From contig ML002275.1 in the NCBI GenBank assembly GCA_003614675.1, forward strand, positions 1 through 49,779: DNA of 49,779 bases, in the 5' to 3' direction. This DNA comes from Dimargaris cristalligena (Eukaryota). Below are positions 34,490 through 46,254 of this stretch, one piece after another (positions within the stretch are counted from its first letter, which is position 1; each line of letters starts with the position of its first letter). The notes beneath the pieces are model-generated. The model was given only the letters and a program-made list of their open reading frames with translations, did no database searches and was not told the origin of the DNA. The position numbers were made by a program, and so were the translations under genes.

Positions 34490-37179
34490 TTAATGCCGCG
34501 GCGAACGGATAATTTTGCGTAGTCGCTCCGACATGCTGGACGCCCGACTACTACGACTCGGTGGGGAGGACGCATTGTAGCTCGAACCGGGCATAACGTC
34601 GCTAGACGACCGTGGGGATGAACTATAATGCGGGTCGGGGCGTGTATAAGCACTATTGCCTGAAGTGGAAGGTCGAACGGGGGGTAGGACCGAGGGGGTC
34701 GGGGAGGAAATCATGGGCTGCGGCGGCAAGGTCGAGGAACGGGTGGCGGAAATTATGTAGCGGGGTGGGGGTAACGGTAAAGGTAGGGTAGTCGTTGGAG
34801 ATGATGAGGAAGTGGCAGTGGTCGGGGTAGTGCGGTTATGGGGAAGGGTAAAATCAGTGGGGGTGGCCTCGGGACTAACCGCGCGTGAATTGGAGTAGGG
34901 GAGGGGGAGGAGGGAGGCGGCACCCTGGGGCTGGCCGGGGCCGACTGCTCGGTGGTGCCTCGTATGACAGGGGCTGGGACTGGTGGCGATCTGGGAATGA
35001 GAGGACGGAGTATCGGTCCGGTAAGTCCCCGGCGGATGGGTGGAGGGGTATTGGTGGCGTGGGGTGGAACGGTCTCCCCCAGGAGGGTTATGCGATCGCG
35101 TAGATTCAGTGGTCGACGTAGCGTCGGGGGCCGTGGGGCTGGCCGGATGGCTGCCCACGTACACATGGTCTAGGCTTAAACTGACACTTTCCCGTGGGGC
35201 CGCAAACACGGGGTTGATGATGATGGAGTTGGTCCGACCCCGGTTGCGTAGGCGAGAGGGAGTAGATGTCGATGGGACGTTGCCCGAGCGCGAAGGCCCC
35301 GGCGGGTGGGAAGTGGTAAGTGAAACGGCCGGTACTTGAGAAGATTGAGTGACGGTGAAGGGTTTAGGGGAGGTCTTGTCCTCTAGTAAGTGGTGGGGAT
35401 GGTGAGGGGACGGCTTCGGGACCGGGTGCAATGAGGCGAGGGTATCCAAGATCTCGTATTGGCGAAAGTCAATTCGGCCCCGAGTGGGTAGCCGGTCATT
35501 AAGGCGAAGGAGAAGGTGGCCAATGTGATCCAAATGGGCTTTGGTTTTTTCGGCATGGCGGCTCAGCGAGCGAACTGGGTTTGGGTTATTGGGAATACGA
35601 TTATGGGTTAGAACCGGCATGTATAAAGGCAGCCAAATAGGTTGACCACAAATTCTCGGGTATTTCGGGCAACCCAGTTAGTCATTAGGAAACCAAAGGA
35701 CTATGGGAACAAGTGCTATATAATAACTCACTTTAAAGAAACCAAGTAAAGGGTATTGGCGTTATAATGCGCAGTTGGAACGAGTCTTACCTGATGAGAG
35801 ACTACTGGAGTAAGCCTTGATCTTGGCTGTGCGGTCATGTAACTGGCCAAATATTTGGGCGGATCGAGTTTCAACTTTCGATATCTGGTCAAGAATGATC
35901 GACTAAAATGGCGGGGAAAGGTGTTCAGATGGTATACGGAGCACGGTTAAGAGATATTAAATGCAAGTGCACGTAAAATCTAAATCGGCTTTCAAATACG
36001 ATAAGCTAGAATCAGGAGCAAGGAATTGCTGGTACACGAGGACACTACTGATTTGTATGGATCAATGGTATCCCAAAGTGTTTACCTGTTCTTTTTGGAC
36101 ATCGTCGACAAGGGCCTGGACTTGATTCCGATAGACGTAGAATATGTGAGGAATGGCATCGAACATGGGTGACGCGACTGGATAGCATCGGGTAAGTATA
36201 ATGGGGTAGGTCAATATAACATCAAGGAAATATACAAATAATGTCCGTTAGAGATTATGTAGGGTACCGACATAAGGCTTGACTAAATATCAATATTGTT
36301 CAAAACAAATCACAATCCTACCTTCAAGGGCCAGATGGCTTGTCCCATTGCTAGCGGGCCATAGATTCGAGAGACTGAGGCCACTACTGACATCGGGTTT
36401 AAATATTGGCCGGAACTGGAAAGTCGAATGAGGTGGGATAAAATACAAGTCCGCTATGTAATGGCATCAGAAAATATACCGGTGGGATATTCTGCGGGTA
36501 TAATTGGTCTACAGTAGATTCGAGTAATTTAGCCAAGTCGATGGGAGTGGCTGAATGAGGCTTACCTCGGGTAGGTGATGGAGCTTATCGAGTTCGGCGT
36601 CCTGGGTATCGGATGCGCTCAACGGCCGAAATAAAGTGATTATATCGGTCTGGAGGTAGAGTAGTCCAAGAAAGTTGGGTAGGCGTCGTTAGGAAGCGGG
36701 TGGTATGATGAAGCAGCCAATAAATAGGTATCAGTAGAGTCGGAGGAAATAGGTGGGAGGGCAGTATAGCCTTGTGGAATTCAAAAAGCCCCCCCCCCCC
36801 ACTCGCCAGCCAGTCAGGGTATAATACGGAGAACGGGACTTACTTGACCAGAAGGACGCCGAGTCCTGGGCGAAAGACGAGAGCCCGTGGAATTCGGAGA
36901 CCCGTGTTCCTCGGGAATGAACTGTAAGTGAAAAGTGTGGGACCGGCCGGCAGAGTCAGCGAATGACGAGGCGGACGACACCGACGATGCCGCCGGGAGG
37001 TGCTTATCGTATTCAATCATTGAGAACCGCTGACGGGCGGTAAGGCTCTTCGTGCGGGGAGTCGGCGGGTGGGGTGGCAGGCCGTGGGTGGTGTGTGTCC
37101 GGCGAGACGGCCGACCCATGTGGGGTGGGGCCGGGGGTAGTCCACTGCCGGCGTAGGACGCGGAGTTGGAATGGGCCAT
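34490..37179 (-). CDS. BORCS5: BORC subunit 5 (BORCS5/myrlysin/LOH12CR1)-like protein with long disordered extensions; exons 37179-36844, 36649-36566, 36415-36322, 36177-36086, 35902-35791, 35574-34490; ~600 aa
   Basis: Five GT-AG introns join in frame. The spliced core TDIITL..DAELDKLHHLPEFRPIFK..YRNQVQALVDDVQKEQSIILDQISKVE..LHDRTAKIKAYSSSLSSVRSLS..LLLRLNDRLPTRGRI parallels animal BORCS5 (DDIVVV..DPDVIKLQEIPTFQPLLK..YQDHL..DQNALVKRIKEMD..LLDRLNSMLPEGERL, from recall). Confidence 0.75.
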
Positions 37180-37699
37180 GTCCGGGGGGGGGGGGTGTGC
37201 ACTACCGTGCAGAGGGGTGTGGACAGATATAGAGGTGTAGAACCAAGGGAATATGAAATTCACGTGGAAATGGGATTGGGGCGCTTAGGAAGGCTAGGCC
37301 AGCTAGTCGGTGGGTTGCGGTTTTTTTGGAGGGGTATTGTTAATTAGTAAAAGGACCATAAAGACAAGAGTTCGTAGAGAAGTCCAAGAGGTGCAGCATG
37401 TCACGCACTCACGGGGAACAATAGTCAAGGTAGAAAAGTGCCACTGGGAATGAACCAGAGTAAAAAGCCTTCTTCCATCTCTAGCCCGTCTCCAAAGGGG
37501 CGCACCTATCTTGCTTAATTCCAGTATAAGTGGAACGGAAGAGAATATAGCACACTCCCCATAAATGCCAATCATATAGCATGGCACACTGCAATTAGTG
37601 TTTGGATATATTAGGAGGGAGGCTATAGATCATTCTGTCGCCATTCAATCATTTATAAACCACCAGCTGTGCCCTCTTTCTATGCCGCTCGCTTTGGCG

Positions 37700-38013
37700 T
37701 ATGACGAAATCCGAGTGGGGACTAAGTAAACTAGTAAATACCGAGGAGGGTTATTTATGGAAAAGATATATAAGTTTAAAATAAGTATTTTATTGAAACA
37801 TGAAGATCTTTTGAGTATGCGAGTCGCTACTTCTTTTATATCTATATCTCTGGTATCTGGGTAGAGTGACTGCCGTTCGCTGCTTGTTCGGAGGGGGCCG
37901 CTATAGTGAGGGGGTTAGATGGAGCGTTCTCATTGGTTGAGATGAGGGGTCATCCTGACTCAGGGTTGTCCGCCCCCTCTGAGGGTTGCAGGCGCAGGAC
38001 GGGGTGGGTCATG
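37700..38013 (-). mobile_element. Solo LTR (314 bp) with 5-bp TSD and non-canonical termini
   Basis: TGGCG on both flanks (37695-37699, 38014-38018). Ends TATGAC...GTCATG form a near-perfect inverted repeat. Minus-strand TATAAAA..AAAAGATC..TGTTTCAATAAAATACT matches 3781-4078. Confidence 0.65.
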
Positions 38014-38426
38014 TGGCGAGTGATTCCTGTCTATTATATAGAGCCTGGCACCCAGTAGTCCCCCACCCCTAGCCTCAGTCATTCATGCGAGGGATGGTGC
38101 ATATCTGTCAGCAAGGGACTGAATTACCTGGTAACTAGACCCTATCCCCTACCCAGTTTATAATATCAATGACCCGGCGCCGGGATACCAACGAGCCCCC
38201 ACATTAATTAGATTGATTTATACAGCGAATGAGTTCCGGGAAGCATGAAATGCCAACGGGTATGAAGGATAATACAAGACGATTTGAGCCCATTGGTGAA
38301 GTAGGAGCTTCCCTAGCCTCCAAATACGACTAGTTCAAACATACACACACCCCATCACTAAATGAGATACTTGGCCTACGATGGCATTCTGTGGTTGGAA
38401 ATATGGCCCTAAAAAAAGGATACAGC

Positions 38427-39107
38427 TTATAACTTCGGCGCGACACCTTCCAGGGTTTGGCTGCCGTAGGCCACCACTTTGCCCGATTCTTTTAGGGTCA
38501 CTTCACCGCGCAGAAATTGCGCGTTTTTGCCTGGTTTAATGGCGAATATGCGAACCAGAACAGGCTTGTTCGCAGCCCCAGCGTTCACGCAATGTACAAC
38601 GAGGTCGGAGGTCTTGGGGATGAATAACTCGCCTTCGGATTTACCCTGGTTAATCACTGTGGACAGCCCAGATGGATGCAATACATTAGGATGCTGCGAT
38701 TACTAATAATAAGATGTATGCAACTCAGTGCACTCATTAAAAATGGGGCACTGTTTGGTATATGGCATTGGCATTGGCAGAGTCAGGCTAGTGGCCATGC
38801 TATAATTAACATGTATAATGTGCACAGCGATGGTCCAGCGTAATTGTTACCTAAGTTCGTAGGCACTCGACTTACTTTGGGCAATGTAAAACATTTTTCC
38901 GGCGTAACTCAGGAGTGTGGCTACACATCCGCCGTGGAGGACGCCTGTGCCGTTAACGTGGCGGGTGGTGGGGGTGAACTGGTAAACAGCGGCTTCCGGA
39001 GTGGCCTCGATAAGGACCATATCGCGAATAATATCCTGTCCGAAAGGAGCTTCGGCATCAGCAATATCGTTAACGCCAAGCAGCACTGTTCTGGGAGAAG
39101 TGGCCAT
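38427..39107 (-). CDS. Hotdog-fold PaaI/ACOT13(THEM2)-like thioesterase; exons 39107-38876, 38656-38427; 153 aa
   Basis: NGTGVLHGGCVATL motif, then TSDLVVHCV..PGKNAQFLRGEV..GKVVAYGSQT. Phase-1 intron GTAAGT..CTAAT..CAG. C-terminal PKL is PTS1-like. Confidence 0.82.
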
Positions 39108-39438
39108 GGTAAGCCAAGTAAACCGTGGAGAATAAGAAAGGCGCACCGGTAGACAAGGCCGTAGGTATAATGAGATAGGAAGTTGCTGTGGGGCACTTTG
39201 GGCTATAAAAAATAAATGTAAAGATGGGAAAGCCAGTCAAAGGAATGCAACCAGGCAATGCCAAAGTGGCTGGGCACTGGAGGAAAGAATAGAGTGCTAG
39301 TCATACTGTCATATAGTATTCCTTTTATTGTATTTATTTCCCACTTTAATAAGTATATCAGCTCATATGACCCTTGTTTTACACTTTAATTTATTTAGTA
39401 CACCGCTTTTTTACATTTACACCAATATATATATATGT

Positions 39439-39840
39439 TCAGTTGCCCAAGAGCGACAAGCCAAATATAATAGCCAAACTACCCACCAGGACCATAAAAG
39501 CCAAGGGGTAGTCGTTACGCCACGTCACCGACACCCAGTACTGGCGGAGAATCACCAAGTACCCCACCACGGCAATGACAAAGGTGCTGAGGCCCAGGGT
39601 CAGCCAGGTCAGGCTATAGGTTCGACTGTGGCGGGGGTCTAGCGGCAGAGACGACTGCTGTAGGTAGAGGGCCGCCCCCAGTACCGAGGCGGTCAAACTG
39701 AGGCGAAAAAACGAGAGAAATGTGCGTTCATACGATAGGTGGTCCCGTACGACAGAAAGTTCATGGGGAAGGGCGTGGTAGGAAGGTAGGTTACAGGCAG
39801 GGGAGTGAGAAGTGCGCAGAAGAGGCGTGGCTTCGTTCAT
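39439..39840 (-). CDS. DUF202 (YidH/Vtc1-like) three-TM membrane protein, 133 aa
   Basis: RDHLSYERTFLSFFR motif followed by three hydrophobic helices. N-terminal EATPLL dileucine motif. Confidence 0.85.
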   Translation of the reverse strand: MNEATPLLRTSHSPACNLPSYHALPHELSVVRDHLSYERTFLSFFRLSLTASVLGAALYLQQSSLPLDPRHSRTYSLTWLTLGLSTFVIAVVGYLVILRQYWVSVTWRNDYPLAFMVLVGSLAIIFGLSLLGN

Positions 39841-40665
39841 GAGGGAAAAGGAGGGTAAAGAGGAAAGGAGGGGTTTTCCTCCTAGTAAAACTAAGCGAGT
39901 GAGTGAGTAGTAGTAGTAGTAGTAGTAGTGGTGGCGGGTGCGGGTGGATGGGCAATTGGGATGAGAGAATGGAGTTGGTGAATGCACAAAGGGTAATAAT
40001 AGTAGTGGGAATATCTATTGGGAAGGAAGGGCCTGCAGTAGCAGTAATATATAAAGATGGGAGATAAGGAAAGTAAAAAAGAGTCCCTATTAATTAGCCA
40101 CAGCCATACTAAATAATAGCGGCTTTCGGTACAACTATTATTTCCGATTCAATACAACAATTGTCTCACACTCCCCAATCAAATAAGCTACCGAGGGGGG
40201 CGTACAGATAGTTGTGCCATACAAGAAATAGCCCCGTTTTCACAAATTAACCGTCTCCCCCGTTGCTGCTTATTCAGACGTCGTGCTTCTCCCTATAATC
40301 CAGACTCCCCGAGATCTTATAGACCAGAATTACAGGGGCTATTGGCTCTCATCTTCACTTGACCAATCTCGTAAATTCGACCTAGTCGTTACTGGCCGGC
40401 TAGATAAGATAATTAATTAATTACTACGCGTGATATAGTAGTATACATAGTAGAGTGGAGCATGCTTTACTTTATGACTTTTATAAAGCCATTCACAGCA
40501 AATTGGGTTGAGTGGTCCAAGCTATATCTCAAAGCAGAGATTAAATATGAATATATAGGTGAGTGTGTGTGTGCAAATTAGATGGTTCGATGGCCAATTC
40601 TGAACAACCGGGGAAAATCGCGGTGCTCAATCGATCAGAGAGGGACAATGGTTCTTCTAATCGAT

Positions 40666-43600
40666 TTACGCCTCCATGGCCAAATTATTAGGCCCAGATG
40701 AAAGGAAGGCAAAGGATGCATCCTCCACCTGTTGCTGTAACGTGGCATACGTTTGCCACAACGTCGGTGGGTCATCATTATTATCTCCCCCCTCCGCACC
40801 TCGCCGCTCCCCAACAACCCCTGTTGCTGCTGCTGCCTCCCCTTGCCTCCTTCCATGGCCTTCCACCGCCACGTCATCGGTGTCCATATCGTCGGTCTTG
40901 CCCGTCGTGGTCGTTGCCTTTTCCTCCCGACTGGACAGAAAGGTGCACACAATTCGGTTAAGCAGTGCGGTCTGCCCCGTTGACCAACTGGCCGCATGGG
41001 CCCGTTCGCTCACCACCAACCATTCGTGTTGGAGTTCCGCCACCCAACCGGCGCACAACTCGGCACTGTCATCATCGGGGTGGAGGCGCGGCGACCCTTC
41101 CTCAGGGCATTGACGACATTCCGGGGCCAGCGTCTCGCTTACCAGTCGGGCCGTCTTAATTCCGCACACCAGTCCCCGTTGGCGGAAGGATGGCTGGGCC
41201 ACTTGTTTGATGGCCGATGAATTCAACCGACCCAATACATAGTGAAGGTTGTCCAGGATTTCTCGCCGCTTGGTTAATTGGCCCAGGTAGTAGTGGTGCG
41301 ATGTGGGATCACAGCCCCCCACGGGTTTCCGGGGCGGTAGAGGTGGTGACCGCGACTGCGACTGCGATGGTGAAACTGAACCCGATCCCGAAGTGGTGGC
41401 CGATTGGGGCGATAAATGGAACGACGGTTTCTCCGGAGCATTTAAGTGAGCAAACTCGGCTACCCAGCGATCATTGGCATCCAGAGCCTGTTTGAACTCC
41501 CCACTGGCCTCGGCAAAGGCTCCCTCGGCGGCCGAGGTGAGGGCCCGAACAAGTAGGCGGACGACCTTCAGATAGCCCCGGTAACAAGTCTGGTATTTCT
41601 GGAAACAAGGCAATTTCCAAATACCTTCCAATTCGGCCGAGGTCTAGCCAATAAACAAATAGGGTATATCGGAGTGGCAGGGTTAGAATATATACCAGTA
41701 GTTTCTCACCGTATATGGTTAGTATCCGGTAAATATAAATAATATTAAAGCGAGTCCAATGAACCATTCCTCTAGGCAATACTAACCCACATAGGTGGGA
41801 GGAGGAGGGGGAAGAACACAGGGCGGTGTTACTGGCCGGATCATAAAGCGCCACTTACCGGATCAGCCGAGGGGACATCCCTACTTTCCCAAAACCGAAT
41901 CACATCGTCCGTAGCGCCGGCGCGATACAGGAAAATGTCGAGTCGTCGCACAATCCGGGGGCTGGAATTATCCAAGGCAATGGACTCATTAATCAGCGTA
42001 TTAATCTGGGCCAATCGGACATCCGCCGCCAACATCGTACTATCCCTTCGGATTAACGAGCGGTTCGCATACGGAGAAAGGTGGTCCACACCCGCTGGGG
42101 GCGCGAGCGGGGGTGGGGAGGAAGCGAGTGTGGGAGTGGCTGCTCGGACCAGTTCATGGTAACCCATCGGTCCCGTATTACGGAACGGGTTCATTTCAAA
42201 GGCCTTCTCGGCCTGTTCCTCTTCGGACTGTTTCATCCACTGGCGAATTTCGCGGGTCAACTGGGAATTGTCTGAACGGACCTGTTCGACCAGGGGTTCC
42301 GGAATTAGCGTTGCCTCCGCCGAAGGGGGGGAAGCTTCGGTTTGCGCCCGGCGGGCCGCCCGGATCATGCGTGGGGATAGATAAATCAGGCCGCAAATGT
42401 GGGCAGTGTCCTCAACGAAAAGATCATTGATGGTTACTGCTTCGCAGCGAGCGGCTTCAAACCGCAGCCAGGGTATAGTATCGTCGTCTTCGCATTCCAT
42501 GGGTTCAGCCGTTCCGGTCGGAGGCGTTTCCGGACGGATTTCCGCCCCATTCTCCTGATTTGAGTCTGGGTCGGCATCGGTCTGACTAGGTGGATCGCGG
42601 TCATTATCGTTGTTGTTGGCCCACTGGCGGACATAAAGGCACGTTTGATTCGGATTCCCGCCGTTCCGGCCCTTGAGAATAACGGCGTGCAGGTCATAGG
42701 GAAAACGGCGGAGGCGCGGGTCCTCGTAAACTCCGTCCATCTGGTGCGCCAGCTGTTCGGCCTCCGACAAACACATTTCCTGGGTCTGCTGGCGGATATT
42801 GGCCAATTTAGCCAGGAAGGCCCCCGTGGGTGAAAGGCGCTCCCGAAGTTTGGGATCCAAGGGGATGGGTCCCCCCTCATCCTCCACCAAAGTCGAAGCC
42901 GCTGGTGCTGGTGTGAAATCATCACTATGGGCCACTCCGTCCGCCGAATTCAAAGTCGAAGTGGACGCAGTAGGCGAGCCCTGTAGGCGTTCCAATAATC
43001 TTTCGGTATCCTGCAGCAAGTTGGGGATAGGCACCCCCTGGTGGTGGGTGGGATGCTGGGCCTGGGCCGCATGAAGACGGTCCAGACGGGCCTTCCTGGA
43101 TTTGACGCGGGCCTCAATCTGCTGGACCACATCGGCATTGCAGGTCAGATAGCGGTCCATGTAGATCCGTGTGCTTAAACTCAGGGAAGGTGTGGGCCGC
43201 CGACCCGAGTAGGAGGATGTGTCGGCAGCTTGGGAGGACGGGTGGACTTGATGTTGATGATGGCCTAGTCGAATGTAGGCCACGTCAGTCAGCTGTCGAA
43301 TGGTGACGGATCGACCGGGCTGGGTGTTGATTGTTTGTTGGATTAAAGCATGCAGCTCCACAAGCAGGCCCAGGGAAGACCCGGCCGGTGCATCACGGGG
43401 GTGGGGTAAGTCGAAGAGCAAGAGGGGGTGCAGTTTAGACGCAGGTCTAGCAGCCAGCTCTGGTCCAGACGCCAGTGGGTCGATTAACAGGTCGTCCACG
43501 GTAGAGGCCGCCGGTGGGGCCGTCCGGGCTTCCTCGATTAGACTGGACAGCCGGGGCCAGGGGGCGGTTGCGTCATCAGGTTGGCCGAGGCGACCCGTTT

Positions 43601-45599
43601 CCAGAGCGATATTCAGTTGACTCAGGAACGCTTCTACCTCCGACAGGCCACATTGATTAGTGGGTCCCCCCGCCTTTAGCTCCCCCCTCGTGGGCGGGGG
43701 CAGCTCTGATGGTTCCAGGGTTCGTCCCACGAGGGAGCTATCCACATAGGACCGTTTACTCAGCGTCAGAAAGGCAAACAAGCGCGTGAGTTCGCGTACG
43801 AAGGCGTGGTTTTCCGCTTCCGCCGGGGTGTCACCGAGGAGGTCCAGAGGGGCGGGGGTTTCCGACTTGGCGGTGGAAGCACCGCTTTCCTGATTGCCGC
43901 TTCCGCCCGGGCTGCGGTCAGTCTTTTCGTCACTTAACTCCCCCTGGCCCCGCCAGTACCCGTCGGGGGGAGGCCAGATGGCTTGGCCACCCGTAGGGAG
44001 ACACTTCCATAGATGATCCCGTACGGGAGCTAGGTGGAAATAGGCGAGGCAGAGTTCGTTCAGCAATGGAACGGGATGGTCGTTAGAACTGCGGCCATGG
44101 CTAGGGTTGGGGATGGTGTGGGGAAGAGGGCGAAGTCCAACGGGATCATCTGATTTGCGTCGACGTTCTAAAGGGTTGGGCGGGTCTACCCAACCGATCG
44201 GTGAATAAGGGTCCTGAGGGACGGCTGGTACCATGGCCGAAGCCATACTGGCCTGGATGGCCCGGGCGAGGTCCTGCTCCTCCTAATAATAGGAATGTAG
44301 TTGGTAGGACGGTAATAGGGCGACGAGTGCGTTTATCAGACGAATAGAATAATGAGAGACAGTCCCGGGCATGGCGTGATATTACCGGGTAGTATGTTTA
44401 AATATGGGAGAAGTTCATTTGGGCTGTATAATGAAAAATCCATTGGATGAGGCCAATATTACTGGTTAAGGACTATTCTCCCACATATTATTCACCCATA
44501 CATGTATTATGTAAAACCCTATACAGCTGGTTCGAATTTCATCCATATAGAATAAGACCATCCTATTTAGGCCTGGCCATTCCGAGGCGGAATATCCACC
44601 ACACAACCTATGGGCGCATAGGAGAAAGAGAGGGGGGTGATCAACGAAGTTTAACCGGCCGGAGAGTTTACTAACCTGTGATTCGGGGATGGGGCTTAAA
44701 TACGAGTTGGGGCGGGGCGATGGCGATCTCCCTGTAACGTCGGACGAAAAGGGTAGTAACCGATCGTACAACTGATCGTGGTGGGGCCCCTCTGGATTCG
44801 GCCGTGACTCGGCCAGGGATGCTTGGATAGCCCGGTGGAGTTGGGTATCCTCGTCCATCATATCGTTGTCCACATCCGTAGATGGGAACTCTCCTGAAAA
44901 GTCGTACGAATTAATGGGCGGAGTGCCGGACGGCGAAATTACAATAGGGGCGTATTTGGTATTACCGGCGGAGGTGGTCGACGGAACGCCGAGGCGCGGG
45001 AAATCCTGCAGTGATTGGAGAGCGGGGGCCGCCGCCGTGGTAGTAGTAGTAGAATGGGCGGAAGCACCCGAAAGTAAAGGGCCAACAAAGGGCTCATTAT
45101 TAGGGGGAGTGGTTGCAGCATCCCAGGTCGTCGAAGTCCCGGTCATTTTAGGGTGGGACGCCAGAGGCAGAGGGGAGGTGGCGGCCACGCTGGAATAGGA
45201 TGGCGGAGGGGGGAGCTGGCTAGTGACTGAAGCCGGGTCGAGTCGGGGACTATTCGTGGGTCTGAAGGAGGGCGACGAAGCCGACGAAGGAATGGTGGTT
45301 ATACTCCCCCAATGAACGCCATTGCCACTACTGTTGTGGTTGTGGTTGGTGGTGGTGGTGGCTGCAGCCTGACTGTAGGGTGGTGGCGAGGCTGGGTGAC
45401 TGGGGTAGTGGTCACTCAGTTCGGAGGGCGTCAGGTAGCCGCCCGAGAAGAGGAAATCGGCGGCCTTGGCCACATCTTGGTTAAATCTGCGAAGGGCCCC
45501 CCGGGCCTGAGGCAGTTCGATGCCCATTTCCATCAGCTGGAGTACGCCGGGACTCAGGGCCTTCTGGGAACCGGTCGTCGAGGTGGAAGCCCCGTCCAT
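40666..45599 (-). CDS. UBA-UIM-UIM USP25/28-like ubiquitin-specific protease homolog, catalytically degenerate; exons 45599-44676, 44282-41859, 41643-40666; ~1441 aa
   Basis: UBA (LMEMGIELPQARGALRRFNQDVAKAADFLF) and UIMs (EDTQLHRAIQASL, EEQDLARAIQASM). USP-fold landmarks: NPLERRR..PVGLR, FVRELTRLFAFL..SKRSYVD, IYMDRYL, PYDLHAVIL, WLRF, V..DN. Both introns are phase 0, GT-AG. Confidence 0.8.
44402..44548 (-). mobile_element. MITE copy 6, inside intron 1 of the USP-like gene
   Basis: Reverse-complement match to the family with ATAT on both sides. Lies within intron 44283-44675. Confidence 0.88.
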
Positions 45600-46254
45600 G
45601 GTAATAGTGGGGTGACTCAATGGGGGTGAAATAAGTCCAGGGGAATAGAGCAGGGGCGGCCTGGGGTAACACGGGTACTGGAGAGGTTAGAGGGCGTGAT
45701 TAAGACAAAATCAGCGGAAGGAAAGTAATATAGAAAGAGAGGCACTGAGAGAGCGAGTAAAAGAGGAAGAGAGAGAAAGAGAACGGAAGAGAGAGCGAGA
45801 GAGAATTCCCTTCTTCCTAGAAAGCCTGGGCGGAAACTATACAGGGCCTATTGCTTGGACTCAGCGGGGTTTAAGTCGTACTCGTTCGTTCCAGTTGACT
45901 TTCCCCCAAAGTCCTATAGTCCGTAACAAACGTAAGCGGGTGTATTTTAGAGCAGTGGCCCGCTTCGTCCACATGGTTTGCGACGACTCCATATGAAGGG
46001 AAAAGCGGTGGAGAGCAGCGACCCCTCTGCCCAGCCGGGAGCGTCCTTCTGACCTAGTACGGCGTTGTTCGTCACCCCCTCCCTCCTCCCTTCCTTAGCT
46101 GACAATCCCCCTTTGATTGTAACATGCAGATGGTGGTAATCCTCCCACAATTTACGTTTAGTCTTATATACCCAACCCCGCTCCCCTGAAGTCTGACTTC
46201 GCTCTCTTCCTGCCCCAGTTCCCCCATTTCGGATTCGCCTTTCTCTACTCGACC

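Noticed and set aside
38427-39840. Thioesterase and DUF202 as tailoring/export genes for the peptide precursor
   Set aside because: They lie 8-9 kb away beyond an unrelated gene, and neither family is a known KEP maturase.
24136-45599. Functional cluster of endolysosomal/ubiquitin genes (VPS27, BORCS5, DUF202, USP-like)
   Set aside because: The genes are interspersed with unrelated loci and such functions are common. There is no evidence of co-regulation without synteny data.
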